Notes under the pieces: generated by a model
The model's database searches: none
Told to the model about the DNA's origin: nothing
The model's input: the letters and a program-made list of their open reading frames with translations, nothing else
Position numbers and translations under genes: made by a program
Shown here: positions 25,457 through 39,499 of the stretch, piece after piece
Numbering within the stretch: position 1 is the stretch's first letter
Layout of the letters: each line of letters starts with the position of its first letter
From: Octopus sinensis
Taxonomy: Eukaryota
Direction: 5' to 3'
DNA: 64,000 nucleotides
NCBI RefSeq assembly: GCF_006345805.1
Contig: NC_043000.1
Span: 159,960,001 to 160,024,000, forward strand

Positions 25457-28101
25457 GCACACATACACACACGCGTACACATAGATTTCTGGATTCGAAA
25501 ACTAAAATTACTTATACCACCAAATTCCATAATGCTTAATTTAAAAGAGGTGTGAATCATTCTCGCATTGATTAAATACTTTTAACAAATTCTATATTTA
25601 ATATCTCCAAAACTTATCTAGATCTAATTGCAAATCACTTTCCCGCTAACCTAAATATAGAATTATTTTTCTAATATGCACTCTCTTCAATTAAGATTCA
25701 GTTAGACAGCCTAAATAACAAATTCCTCCAAAAGTGAAGCCTATTTTACATTAATGATATTAGTATATAGACATAGATACAGTCAAGTAATTCAGAAGTT
25801 GTAATTTATAAAACAGAGTTTATTCACCAAAGCCAGATTTCGAGATTGTACAAAAAACGTAGATTGACAACACCAAAGGGAAGCTGAAGCAAGTATATTG
25901 TATTGATTATTACGTTTATAAACACATGAACAAGATTAATATGGTAAGATATTTTAGTTGCAGTTAGCTACGAAAACTATTAACTACAACAAATGGCTGA
26001 GTTATTACAAGGAGAGAAATAACTGTTGCTTTAACAGCACAGCCGAAAGATATTCACGCTTGATATTGTACTTAATTATATCTTCTGCTTAAACGCTAGT
26101 TCAGAGATTTTCGGAAAATGTAGACATTTCCACAAACACTTATTGCGTAAGTAAATCTTACCACTACTGACAGACGAAGCACATCTACGTGCATCAACAC
26201 CTATCCGCTTTTTAAGGCAGTTTCGATCCACCTTTCTATATTTAACATTAAATTAACTAACTCATGAAATAGACATGATATGTTTATAGATATCACTGTA
26301 TCAACTTATATTCATCAAATATATTTACCATCAATAGGTTCTTCCTTGCAGTTTTCCTTTAAACTCTATTTCAGTTTCAGAAATTTAATTTTATTTATTC
26401 ATCTGACTTATTTTATTCTTGCCCACTTTTTTCTCTTTATCATTTAAATGAAAAACGTGTTTTCTTCCATTAAAAATTATGTCTCATATGATTCTTACTA
26501 ATGTTTCTATATCGAATTTTTATCGTATAGTAAAATGTACAAACTAAATTGAGGAAACTACTCAAATTTGCTGAGTACTATACTAAATATGCTACTCGTA
26601 TATATATATACATCTTTGCATGTATGTATATATATACACACACACACTATTTCTGAATATCTTTGTAATGACAGGCAATCTGAATTCAGCTCACACGAAG
26701 CATGTATACATATATATTAACTTAACACCTCTATTGAGCACCGGAATAGATGCAATCGAATTAACTTCTCTTCTTGTTTTGTGCCACTATTTAGAAGAGA
26801 AAGTGTAAAAAAATGGCTGTGGTTTCGTATCACGGTTATTTTCCATAATGCAGTAGAGCATTGCTGCAGAGGAGCAGGAGTGGGGAATCCATTACAGAAT
26901 TAACTATTTTACATATTTCTTAAGGGAGGCAACTCTGTGGAAATTTCATACTCAAGCGTCGGACTTTCTCAACAATTTCATGTCGTACAGATCGTGAATT
27001 CTAAAATCATAAAGTTGATTTTCCCTTTAATGAGAAGCAACATGGTAAACAGAACTGCGTTCACTTCCAGTGCTGAAAGAAATATATTTAAGCACAACGT
27101 ACTTAAATTTTAGGTGTCAAATCGAGTGCCAAATTTCCGAACACAACCCTGAACATCAATTATAAGTTTATGAAAGAATGGGCAGCTTAATTGGAGATAG
27201 CTCTCTTCTAGCTGTTGTAGGAATTAGATTTACGAGTCACACGCTACAAGAGTAAAATTTGAGGGTTAATACTAGCCCTTAATATCACTTAAATCTTCAA
27301 CCAGCATATTGGAGACAAAGACAACTTAAGTGGAAGTAACCCTCATTTACGTTTTATAAAATTACGTTATCTGGTCATAAATTGCAGAATTAAATTATGG
27401 GTGACAAATATCCTAATCCCCACCCAAATCATCAAATTATATACTCTAGTTTAAAGAGAAGGTAACAACTTAGAAGGAAATAACTTTCTTCTGTTTGTAT
27501 AATATCTACTTAAATTTTGTGTGTCAGACTTCGTGATCCTCTCCCGAGGTAGCAATGTTCAAATACATTGTGGATCCAATATTAGCGCCAGAAAAATACG
27601 ATCGAGAATTTGCACTTTGTTTATTTTGTAAATAAGCAGATTTGCTTCGTCTGTCATATTCAATATGTTAAGCAGCAATTTAATTAAAATTAACTTGCAA
27701 ATTTTGCATAAAATGTAGTCCCTTTTTTTATAGCTTAATGTTTGCTGTCGTGCGCCATTTTATTTGGCGACTACTTTCACTTCCGTATTTTAGATAACCA
27801 TCTTATTTAAATGATAAATCTACCTACAGCTAAGCGAAGGGGTATAATATGTGTATCATATTTTAAAGTTAATCCAAACTGTGTTACTTCTATAATCTAT
27901 TTCATATTCAATCTATGAGTTACCTTTACAATCCGTTCAGTCATATTGAATCATTCGAGAACCATTCTCTGTTGAAGGGTATTTTAACTCTTTATATTTT
28001 GAACTTTTAATTGTCATAAATTCGCACCACACACACACACACGCGCGCGCCGCACACACAGGCACACACACATTACAGCGCATGCGTACGTAAACACTTT
28101 A

Positions 28102-28209
28102 CGTACTTATTCGATCGGCCCACTTTTCCGAACGGTTAAGTTACGGGGACATAAGCACACCAACACCGGTTGTCAAGTGATGGTTGGGGACAAACACACA
28201 CAGCACACA

Positions 28210-28250
<41 letters not shown>

Positions 28251-28405
28251 CGACGGGCTTCTTTCAGTTACCGTCTACCAAATCAATTCATAAGGTTTTT
28301 GTCGGCTCGAGGCCATATTAAAAGACACTTGCCCAAGGCGCGACGCAGTGAGACTGAACCCGGAGCTATGTGTTTGGAAAAGCAACTTCTTACTATACAT
28401 CCTAA
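28102..28405 (-). mobile_element. tRNA-derived SINE family B (CORE-like), partial
   Basis: gaagacacttgcccaagg..cgcagtg.gactgaacccgga matches the reverse complement of 38321-38722. Internal (CA)n tract. Confidence 0.85.
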
Positions 28406-29945
28406 GACGTTTGACAGGTATAGAAATTGTGAAATACAAGATACGGTTTTATGGTTATTATAATTCATTTGATTATACTCTTCATTCATTAACCGAAATT
28501 ACTCTATTTTCAACTTTCTAGTTTCTCAAAAAACAATATCCTAGAACAATTTAGAGAGGATAATATGGCGGGGTTGATATATAGTTATGTCGCGCTACAT
28601 TTTGTGCTCAAGTCCTACTGTTTTGTTTTCCTTACAACCTTCAAGAGTCGATTATATTAAGTACTGGTGAAATGCCATAATCGATATAAATGATCATACC
28701 TTTCTCACTAAAATCCGAGTCGTTGTGCTTAAGCCAAACTCTTCATGGATTTGTAATTTGCAATCAAATATGATCACTGGTTTGATTATGAGGTTACTTG
28801 ACCCGCATCTCTCATTCAAATTCCTCTCCGCTATCTCAAAAAAGAACATATTTAATAAAGTGTTACTGGATTCTCATTACTTAGGGTAAAAAACTAAATT
28901 GTCAAAATAATTTTCCTTTGCTCATAGATTTTCTCGGCTTGAGATTGAGCTGGTGCCAGAAAATAACGACAAATTTTCCAGTGGCTAAGCTTCGTTCACA
29001 TGGAATTAGCAGATGAGATGAGGAGAGACAAATGTAACCTAAATTTTTTTATGTAAGTGTATCTCTCACTCTATTTTCCCAAAGTCAGGTGTGAAATGAA
29101 TAATGGAAGCCAATGAAACACTCTTCAATTTCATGATGTTACCACTGCTCGCAGCTGTGAATTTTGCACACGCTGCTTCATTCATTTCACCAATATAAAC
29201 TAGAATCTTAAGAACTAAGTGTCGTTGTCATACACACTTCGCTAATTCCGGCATCAGGAGACGAATTACAAATCTCTCGGCTATTTCAGTTTTTTTTTTA
29301 TCGATTCCCACTATCGAGTGTCCAAAGATTTTGAAAATCAAACATTCTAACATAACTCCTTTTCACTTATATATTCCCAACAGAAACGTACACATGTACA
29401 CAATACGCTCCCATAAGATACATACGAATGATGTCATTAACACAAATAAACATCATCCTTACACAAACGTTACTGCAGAGGGCTCTTTCAGAGACCTATG
29501 TATTGTCATGTAATTATAAGCAAATACAAACATGTGCATGCAAATGTATACAAGCACAGTCACACATCGTGAAAATGTTTATAAGGACACAAACACACTC
29601 GTTTATACATAGGAGTAATAACAGAATTGCTAATGCAATCTATTTTGTTTGCAAGCTACAACTTGTAACACATGCACACTAACATACGCAGCATGCACAT
29701 GCACTTGCTCGCATTCGTGTGTATGTGTGTGTATGTATATGTTTCCATTCGTTTGTGTGTATTTATTTATGGACATACGAAAAATATACACTGAAAGCGT
29801 ACACATAAGAAAAACACTTCAAGAAAGATGACAGAATATTTCAAGATACACATTCATGCGCACACAGCACGCATGCTATCACGCACGTTTACAAAATCAA
29901 GTTTCAAAACTGCCGGTCATCAATGTGTACAAAAACATCTACACA

Positions 29946-29989
<44 letters not shown>

Positions 29990-29996
29990 CACACTA

Positions 29997-30065
<69 letters not shown>

Positions 30066-30076
30066 CACACACACAC

Positions 30077-30115
<39 letters not shown>

Positions 30116-31077
30116 AACACACACACACACACACGCACACGCACACGCTCACACACATACATTACAGCGCATGCGTACGTAAACACTTTAGATGTCGTAA
30201 AAGTTTGAGGATGCGCGCGCAGACCAATTCAATCACTATTTCATTCCTATCGTCTGCTTAATTAAAACGTCTACAGAAAAAAAAAGCAAGGAAAACAAAA
30301 GAAAAATTGACTGGAACCCTCTTCTTCTTCTCTTGTACTTTCTTACTTTCTAATATCATCCCCCCCCCCCTCCCGTCTCTGCTCTGTTTCACACATTTTT
30401 CATCACAATCACCCTCTTTCTACATTGTTCACACCATCACTTACATTATCATATTACTATCTTCTATGATTCAATTTCTTCTCTTACCATCACCCTCAGT
30501 AGTTTCCTCCCACCTCTACAGAACGACTCTTAAGCATTTCTCCCACTTTTAATGCTACCTCTTACCTCACATATAGAAAAAAATAGAGAGGGGGATCCTC
30601 CCACAATCATTATCATTTACGTCTATTAACTCCTTCCTCATTTCTCCTTTTGCCTTCTTTTCTCTTCCTCTCACACTTCCCCTCTCGTTTCGAAATACTC
30701 ACTCCCACGTTCTCTATGTTTCTTCATTTCTTGCTTCTCTGTTTCGCCTTTTTATTTGTCTTTTTCTGCATATCATAATTCCTACACCCCACTCTCATTA
30801 TTTCGTTTTTACCTGTCCTCTTACCATAACTCCAGCAACGATCTATGCACTTCCATTCTCCTCCTACTTTCTCTTTAATTTCATGCTGTTACTCTTCTCC
30901 TTTTCCCTTTCATCCTCCCACCCTTCCTCTCTTTCATCGCTACAACTATTTTTGTCACAGCATCAGCAGACGACAAAGTCAAGTTCACTGTAACCTAGCT
31001 TCGTGCATCTATCTATCTATGTATCTGTCGCTCTATCTACCTGTCTATCGGTCTCTCTATCTCTCAAAACAGACAGG

Positions 31078-31120
<43 letters not shown>

Positions 31121-31237
31121 CACGCACACACACACATACAAACATACAGGAACACACGCGCGCATAGCTTTATGTCTGTTGTGTTGTGTGTTTGCATATA
31201 TGCATGTATACAACACACCCGCACACACGCACAAACA

Positions 31238-31275
<38 letters not shown>

Positions 31276-31429
31276 TCTATATATATGTGTGTGTGTGTAT
31301 ATATATATATATAGATATACATACTACATACATGCATATACATATATATATATAGATATAAATAAATATATTCATATATGCCACATACATTCATACACAC
31401 ATATGTATGTATGTGTGTATATATATATA

Positions 31430-31470
<41 letters not shown>

Positions 31471-32552
31471 TTGAATATATGTGTAGATAAGTATGTATGA
31501 ATATGTGCGTGTATATATTATATATATATATATTATATATATACACTCTGTCTACGTCTTCCTTTCTTCTTTTCTCCACTCATTGAAACCTTGTATTCCT
31601 TGCTGTTTATCTTTCTAACTCTTTCTTCTTCTCCACCTCCGATTTGGCACTTTGCGTCTCTTACCAGAACTGTAGACAAGGATAGTGCGTTTAGGGGAGG
31701 GATAAAGCGGTGACACTCCTCATCCGCCTCGTTGATTCATCTCTCCTTCATCACCTTCCTCCCCCTCACTCTCCTTCTATATTCCGTTTGGCAACCCCTA
31801 CGTCACTCTTTCTTTTCTACTATCAACGATTCCCCCTCGCTTACACATCTTTATTTCTTTGTTTCTCTCTTTCCTTTTACTCTTTCTCTATTTCTCCTCC
31901 CCTGTCTTCCCCTCACACTCACATCTCCTCCTACTCTTTAGCAAATCTTCCGTTCACGCATACATCTTCACACATTTAAGCATACACACAAGCACGCACA
32001 CACACACTCACACATTCTTAACGAACATATTCTTACATTATACACATATTCACACGTAGACACGCACAGGTACTAACACAAGCTCTATTCTACACGCACA
32101 CACATATGTTCGAACTATGTGTGTGTTATTGTATGTGTGCGTATGTGTGTGTGCGCAAACGCGCGCGCGTGTGTGTACGTGTCTCTGCACGTGTGTATAT
32201 GCATGTGTTGTAAATCAGTTCATTTAGGACCCAGATGTCTCCAAGTTCGATCTTGTGCGGTATCTTGACCAACGAATTGTAAATAGGATTTGTTACTCGA
32301 AGCCTGGTTGGTAGCTCACCGTGCGTACAGTCACCCACATGTACACACACATCATAAATGTGTGTTGGTGCCTGTCTTCAAGATGTATAGACTGGAGTTC
32401 GTTTATGTTAAAACTCAATCAGCCGATTCGAGTTCAATAAAATAAATGCAAACAAGATAAGCGTACAAACAGTCTGACATCATTCTGATGACAAAAACAC
32501 AAAAATATACTATAAATGGTGGGATAAGATCTATTAGCAGCTGCTTTTACAT

Positions 32553-32740
32553 CAGCATATAAACGCTGGAGTACAGTGTTTAGTGGAACAAACGACCCCA
32601 GGATTTATCCTTTGTAAGCCTAGCACTTAATCCTGTAAGTTTCTTTTGCCGAATCGCTAAGTTACGGGAACGTAAACACGCGAACTTCGGTTGTCAAGCA
32701 ATGGTGGTGGGAAACACAGATACAAATACCGTGGTATATA

Positions 32741-32801
<61 letters not shown>

Positions 32802-32975
32802 ATATATACGACGGGTTTCTTTCAGTTTCCCTCTACCAAATCCACTCACAGGCCTTTGGTAAAACCCGAGGCTATAGTAGAATACACTTGCCAAAAGGTG
32901 CCACGCAGTCGAACGCAACCCGGAACCATGCGGTCGGAGAACAAGCTTCTTACCACACAGTCACGCCTGCGCCTA
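32553..32975 (-). mobile_element. tRNA-derived SINE family B, near full length
   Basis: Reverse complement of 38321-38722, including the head ggcgcagg.gtg.ctgtgtggtaag and an internal (AT)n. Confidence 0.9.
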
Positions 32976-33083
32976 TGCATACAAGCATACATGCATGCAT
33001 ACATTCATACACACACACACACACACATACATACTTACATACATACATACATGCATACATACATACATACATACATACATACA

Positions 33084-33114
<31 letters not shown>

Positions 33115-33434
33115 GTATATATCTATATCTATATCTATATCTATATCTATATATATATAGAGAGATAGATAGATAGATATAGATATAGATATAGATATAG
33201 ATAGATATGGTGTCGAAAGCGTAATGATAACCGTGAGGCAGCCGATGATGGAAGTGTGTTGGATTGTTGTTGTGCCTGTTTTTATATACGTGAAATGAGC
33301 GGTCTAAGGCTTCAAACTCAAGGTGCATAAATGGCACCATAAGCAGGACATTGATTATTCTGGTCCATTAATATGGACGTGGGTTCGAATCCCACTCTTG
33401 ACAGATTATGTATGTATGTATGTATGTATGTATT

Positions 33435-33504
<70 letters not shown>

Positions 33505-33505
33505 T

Positions 33506-33888
33506 ATCATGGCACTCCGTCGGTTACGACGACGCGGATTCCTGTTGATCCGATCAACGGGCCAGCCTGTTCTTGAAATCAACGTGCAAGTGGCTGAGCA
33601 CTTCACAGGCACGGGTAACCTTAACGTAATTCTCGGGAAGATTCAGCGCAACACAGAGTGTAACAAGGCTGACCTTTGAAATACAGTTACAACAGAAAAA
33701 GGAAGAATGAGTGAGAGAAAGTTGTGGTGGAGGAGTAGAGCAGGGTTCGCCACCACCTCCTGCTGAGCCTCATGGATCTTTAGGTGTTTTCACTCAATAA
33801 ACACTCACAACGCCCGGTCTGGGAATCGAAACCACGATCCTACAACCACGAATCCGCTTCCTTAACCACTTGGTCATGGCGCCTTCAC
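33506..33888 (-). mobile_element. tRNA-derived SINE family C
   Basis: cactccgtcggttacgacga..aacgtgcaagtggctga..gggaatcgaaacc (B-box on the minus strand). Homologous to 45135-45450. Confidence 0.85.
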
Positions 33889-34082
33889 TTATATATATAT
33901 AATATAAACACAGAAAAATGCATAGATCTATACCCTGCCTTGCGCTTCAAATCTTAAAGTGCCATTGAGAAACCGTTCTCATATCAGAGTGTTTGGGGGT
34001 ATTTTAAACCTCATATAGTCCATTTCTATGATCTATTCGGTTTGAACGGCAGTTTTTTCTAGCGGTTTCATATGAAATTGTC

Positions 34083-34182
34083 NNNNNNNNNNNNNNNNNN
34101 NNNNNNNNNNNNNNNNNNNNNNNNNNNNNNNNNNNNNNNNNNNNNNNNNNNNNNNNNNNNNNNNNNNNNNNNNNNNNNNNNN
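34083..34182. other. Scaffold gap (100 N)
   Basis: A run of exactly 100 Ns, a typical placeholder for a gap of unknown size. Adjacency across it is not guaranteed. Confidence 0.99.
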
Positions 34183-34577
34183 GAAAAACGAGTATATTAC
34201 CGTGCATATAAAATGCAAACTATACTAAACAACAGTACTATAGATCCCACTGCATGGATAAGAGATACTGACTTTATATAAAAAAAAACAGGCAACATTT
34301 ATGCATATATACACCACTAATGACATGCCAGAGCGAGATTAGAAGAATCAAGATGGCTAAAGAACATCAGAAACAATATCATGCTGAGAAAATTCTGTGC
34401 TGACTTGGACAATTTATCGCGAAATAAAAACGATATACGTTTGATATTACAACTTTTGCCTAGTACATATGGAGAGATATCCTTAATATCGACGGACAAC
34501 CTATGATGATGATAATAATAATATAATAATAATAATATAATAATAATAATAATTAATAATAATAATAATATAATAAT

Positions 34578-35013
34578 AAATGCCCTGATGCAGTACCAGG
34601 CAGTGGCTCTCATGGCTTCTGATCTTAACTGATGAAAGTGTTTATCAGTACATTGTTGTGTCTTGGTATAAAAGATGGGCTACAGCAAATATTCTGCTCA
34701 ATACCACAGATTTGCTTGTCAGTTGTTGACCTTAACCAGTCGAGCATGCCCCTTAGTGGCTGACGATATGTGATCTCTGATCACGAGCAGAAGTAGTTGG
34801 GGGAGCATCATAGCCATGTGTTGAGAAGGATTCTTTGGGTTTGAATAATTCACCTCTGGAAACATAGGTGTTCGTTCAACGTCCTTAAACAACCCTTATT
34901 CAGGGACCTTTGAGCGGGATGGGTTACTCGATCTGAAGAAAATTCTAACTGGGCTCCACCTGCAAGGTATGTGCTGTTTATCTTGATATGAGATCACCAT
35001 GTCGCGCACATAT
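34578..35013 (+). mobile_element. Non-coding interspersed element embedded in (AAT)n
   Basis: Begins aaatgccctgatgcagtacc after (AAT)n and ends cgcacatat+gatgataat(aat)n. Its 3' ~185 bp match the reverse complement of 63817-64000. Confidence 0.85.
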
Positions 35014-35024
35014 TGATGATAATA

Positions 35025-35094
<70 letters not shown>

Positions 35095-35098
<4 letters not shown>

Positions 35099-35247
35099 GC
35101 CCTGATGCAGTACCAGGCAGTGGCTCTCATGGCTTGTGATGCATGTGCCTGGTTTACCCTTATCAGACGGATAGTCATGATGGGTATACTGGGCTTCGTA
35201 TATTTTACCCCAGTGTCACTTTGATGGCATGCTCTGCTCGCTCACTC
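35095..35247 (+). mobile_element. Short variant of the (AAT)n-embedded element (same first ~45 bp, different 3' part)
   Basis: aaatgccctgatgcagtaccaggcagtggctctcatggctt is shared with 34578 onward, then the sequences diverge. Ends ctcactc+(aat)n. Confidence 0.75.
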
Positions 35248-35387
35248 AATAATAATAATAATGACGAAGTCGACGATGATGATGTAGATGTTCATGATAA
35301 TGATGATGATGATTTTGATGATGATGGTGATGACAATATAAGTATGTACGTATGCATGTATGTGATCGTCCTCTCTCTCTCTCTCCC

Positions 35388-35436
<49 letters not shown>

Positions 35437-35459
35437 ATTATATATATATATATGTACAT

Positions 35460-35700
35460 TGAAGGCGCATGGTTAGAGAATCAGGTCTTACAATAGTGTG
35501 GTTGTGTGTTCAATTCACTGACACTTTATTTCATAATGCTCTGGTTCACTCTGCTGTAGATATGAGTGGCAAAGTTGTGGTGCCAAGCTGACTCGGTCTT
35601 TGCCTTTCCCTTGGATAACATCGGCGGCGTCGAGAGGGACGATTGGTATACAAAGGCGATTGGTGGTCTGCCACAAAAATTTGCTGGGACTTCTGCTCTT
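35460..35700 (+). mobile_element. Degenerate tRNA-derived SINE family D
   Basis: tgaaggcgcatgg head and gacactttatttca..cctttcccttggataacatc body match the reverse complement of 42100-42370. Confidence 0.7.
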
Positions 35701-36090
35701 TACTCTCATATATATATATAGTTTTTGTTAGATTAAAAGCCCTTCAAAAGTTTGTTTGACTAAAAGCCCTTCAAGGCGGTGCTCTAGCATGGCTGCAGTT
35801 AAAATAACTAAAACAAATAAAAGACTAAATAAATACAGACACAAAGTGATACACGCAGATCTATATACAGTGCGTGCCTGTAATGATTTACATATGTAAA
35901 CAGTAAAGCGAATCAGTTGGAACTATAAAGTCTGTAGTACCATATAAATACAGTGTTGGTGGTGGGGAATATGAGTGTAATTAAAAGGAATTCCTGCAGT
36001 TATCTGAGTGAGTACTAGCGTCTCTTAGGGGACATTTATAACAGCAGAATGTTTCTAGTATCTAACTGGTTACGAGGAATTATGATGTGC

Positions 36091-36205
36091 AATTAATTAT
36101 ATCGATGCTTGCACATAAACAAGGATTATATATATATTATATATATATATATATATATAATATATATATATCCTTGTTTATGTGCAGGCATCGATATAAT
36201 TAATT

Positions 36206-36273
<68 letters not shown>

Positions 36274-36322
36274 CATATATATATATATCCTTGTTTATGT
36301 GCAAGCATCGATATAATTAATT
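36091..36322. repeat. 36-bp segment present once forward and twice inverted, separated by (AT)n
   Basis: aattaattatatcgatgcttgcacataaacaaggat at 36091-36126. Reverse complement at 36170-36205 (1 mismatch) and 36287-36322 (exact). Confidence 0.93.
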
Positions 36323-36379
<57 letters not shown>

Positions 36380-37716
36380 GTGTGTGGTGTGTGTGTGTGT
36401 GTGTATATATAAATATATGTATATGTATGTATGTATGTATGTATATAAGGCTACACAAACACACAAACTCGTACCTACATGTATATGAGTATACAAAGAT
36501 ATGCATATGTTAACGTAGAATATCTTGGAAATATAGAGATGTACTCACATACATGTAAATATATATGGCATTACCTATCCATAGAGAGACGTAGAAACAT
36601 GGATTAGTAAGGAGAGAATATCTCATAAAGATAAACTCACATACACATGAACATATACTTGCACATACATTGATTTACATATAGATATATACATATTCAT
36701 AGATAGACATTCATGGATTTGTCAGGGTAGATTCTTTCAAAATTTTTTTACACATTTTACATATGGGGGTTGAAATACACGCGCATATACATAAATAAAA
36801 CAGCACGCAAGCATACACATTGTCAGTAATTCATGTATATTCACATCCAGCTTCCTCCTACCTTGAGAGACTGGAAAAGAAGCAACGTCAAACCACAGAA
36901 AAAATAAATAACAAAAAGAAAAGATGCATAACATCTACGACACCTCTCTTGTTCTAACAAAAGCACCGATAGCAACAACATATGTAATACGTAAAGAGAA
37001 ACGTAACGATGACAATTAAAATAACTATATACCAGAATGAACAGCAACAGCTATTAAAAAGATTTTGGTTAAATCAGCAGATGTCACTGCTGATGTTAAC
37101 TACACTGGAAGAAACTACAATAGTAACAGCAGCAAATAAACATCAATAACGACTCGATCTGCTAGAGTTAGTAGCCAGATATCCCTCCAATTCACAGTAA
37201 ACTATGTTGAAAATGGACTGACCAAATGTGTAATTTTATACTGTGGCTAGATGAAAGAATTACCAGATGGTCAAAACTGAAGAAGCATTTGGTAGTATGA
37301 CTGCTTGGCAGACTTTAAATGGGAAGCAGACAACAAAACCAGCAACAATACAACAAAGCAAATGTACCTAAGACCAATAATCAAAATAACAGCAATAACA
37401 CCAACAATTATAGCCGAGTTCAGATACATTTTGCTTCATTGTAGCGCAAATAAGTGTATTACGTAATAGCCTCAGGTTTACTAGAATTTTAAAGCTGAAT
37501 TTAGTAGATGAAAGCTCTGAGTTAGATAGTGGTAGTGTTTGTGAGTGAGTGTGTAGTGTCTGTGTATGATAAAGTGTGTGCAGTGGGCGTATATATGCAT
37601 TTATGTATGTACGCTTGCATATGCATTATATATGTGTGTGTGTGCGTGCGTGTATGTAGTTATATATATATCTATATATATAATATTATATATATATAAT
37701 ATATATATGTATATAT

Positions 37717-37766
<50 letters not shown>

Positions 37767-37783
37767 TATATATATATATGTAT

Positions 37784-37814
<31 letters not shown>

Positions 37815-37839
37815 ATATATATATATAATATTATATATA

Positions 37840-37892
<53 letters not shown>

Positions 37893-38214
37893 TATATATA
37901 TATACGAAGTTGGGGTTGTATATATCTATGTATACGCAAGTAGATAGGTAGATATATAGGTAGTTATGTGGGCGGATATATATTTGCATATGTTGTCATT
38001 CATATATAATTCACCCGCGAGTGGATTCCTTATATATTTAAATGTACACTGTATTTTATGTGTAATACATAATCTCTGGACTAAATTAGTACACGCTAGG
38101 CCACTGGGAATGAAAGTTTCATTTAATTTCCATTTCCCTTCGATATGATTATATATATATAGATTATATATATATATATATCTACTTATTTAGACACACT
38201 AACACTTACACACG

Positions 38215-38294
<80 letters not shown>

Positions 38295-38320
38295 GTATAT
38301 ATATATAATATGTATATATA

Positions 38321-38722
38321 GGCGCAGGAGTGGCTGTGTGTTAAGTAGCTTGCTAACTAACCACAAGGTTCCGGGTTCAGTCCCACTGCGTAGCATCTTG
38401 GGCAAGTGTCTTCTGCTATAGCCCCGAGCCGACCAATGCCTTGTAAGTGGATTTGGTAGACGGAAACTGAAAGAAGCCTGTCGTATATATGTATATATAT
38501 ATATGTATATGTATGTGTGTCTGTGTTTGTCCCCCTAGCATTGCTTGACAACTGATGCTGGTATGTTTACGTCCCCGTCACATAGCGGTTCGGCAAAGGG
38601 ACCGATTGAATAAGTACTGGGCTTACAAAGAATAAGTCCCGGGGTCGATTTGCTCGACTAAAGGCGGTGCTCCAGCATGGCCGCAGTCAAATGACTGAAA
38701 CATATAAAAGAGTAAAGGAGTA
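38321..38722 (+). mobile_element. Full-length tRNA-derived SINE family B (CORE-like) with internal (AT)/(GT) microsatellite
   Basis: Head ggcgcaggagtggctgtgtgttaag (A-box-like), ggttcagtccc (B-box-like), CORE-like cttgggcaagtgtc, and tail ..gactgaaacatataaaagagtaaaggagt. Confidence 0.9.
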
Positions 38723-39499
38723 ATATATATATATATATGAGTGTGTGTGTGTGCATGTGTGTGTGTTGGTAGTATATGTAATTACATGTATTTGTATAAG
38801 TACATGATTTGATTTGATTTTGATTTTTCCAGTTTCAGCTTATGAGCTGTGGCCATGCTGGGGCACATGTACATATAATATATTTATAATGGTTCATATA
38901 TGCCAACACGAACACAATAGTCAAAATACCTTTGCCCTTCACACTAAAATTCCTGTATAAATCTCTATATGCCCTTACTATTTTTTTTACAGTATTACTG
39001 TGGCTTCTGCTCCTCAGAGCATGCTGGTCTCTTACCCACCCCGTGTAGACAGCCTTGACTGTCTATTCTCCTATTTTCTCGTCAACCATCCTTTATGTCC
39101 CCTGTAACCTTAGAATTTTAGCTGTTTGGAATTAACATTAGCAGCACCGATTCAGTTTCTTCCTCCAGATAATAGAAAAACAAATACAAGAGCCTAACAA
39201 CAAAAAGAAAAGCAACAACCATAACCTTACTTCACCACCACCACCACCACCACCACCAATAACAACAGCAACAACAACAAAATCAGTAACACAGACATCA
39301 GTATAAACGCAATGCATTAAAAAAGCTACCATAAATGGAAATACACAACCAGTTCGCACAAACCATCATCATCATAACTATCATCACCAACATCAACATC
39401 GACGCGCATGAATGAAACAACAAAAATACTATCTGCTATTGTAGCAAAGTCATCATCAATGATTTTAAATTTTAGTTCACGGCCAACAGTTTTTGAGGG

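Noticed and set aside
30300-32000. Long pyrimidine-rich strand-asymmetric tracts
   Set aside because: Degenerate low-complexity DNA with no clear mirror symmetry, repeat unit or coding signal.
32228-32278. Possible 51-nt plus-strand exon encoding DPDVSKFDLVRYLDQRI
   Set aside because: Weak acceptor, unrecognised peptide, and the opposite strand to the other exon candidates. Such matches are expected by chance.
33985-34215. ORFs and apparent sequence continuity across the N run
   Set aside because: The ORFs are open only because of Ns, and the true gap size and adjacency are unknown.
39028-39093. 66-nt minus-strand segment between AG and GTAAG
   Set aside because: It has stop codons in all three frames.
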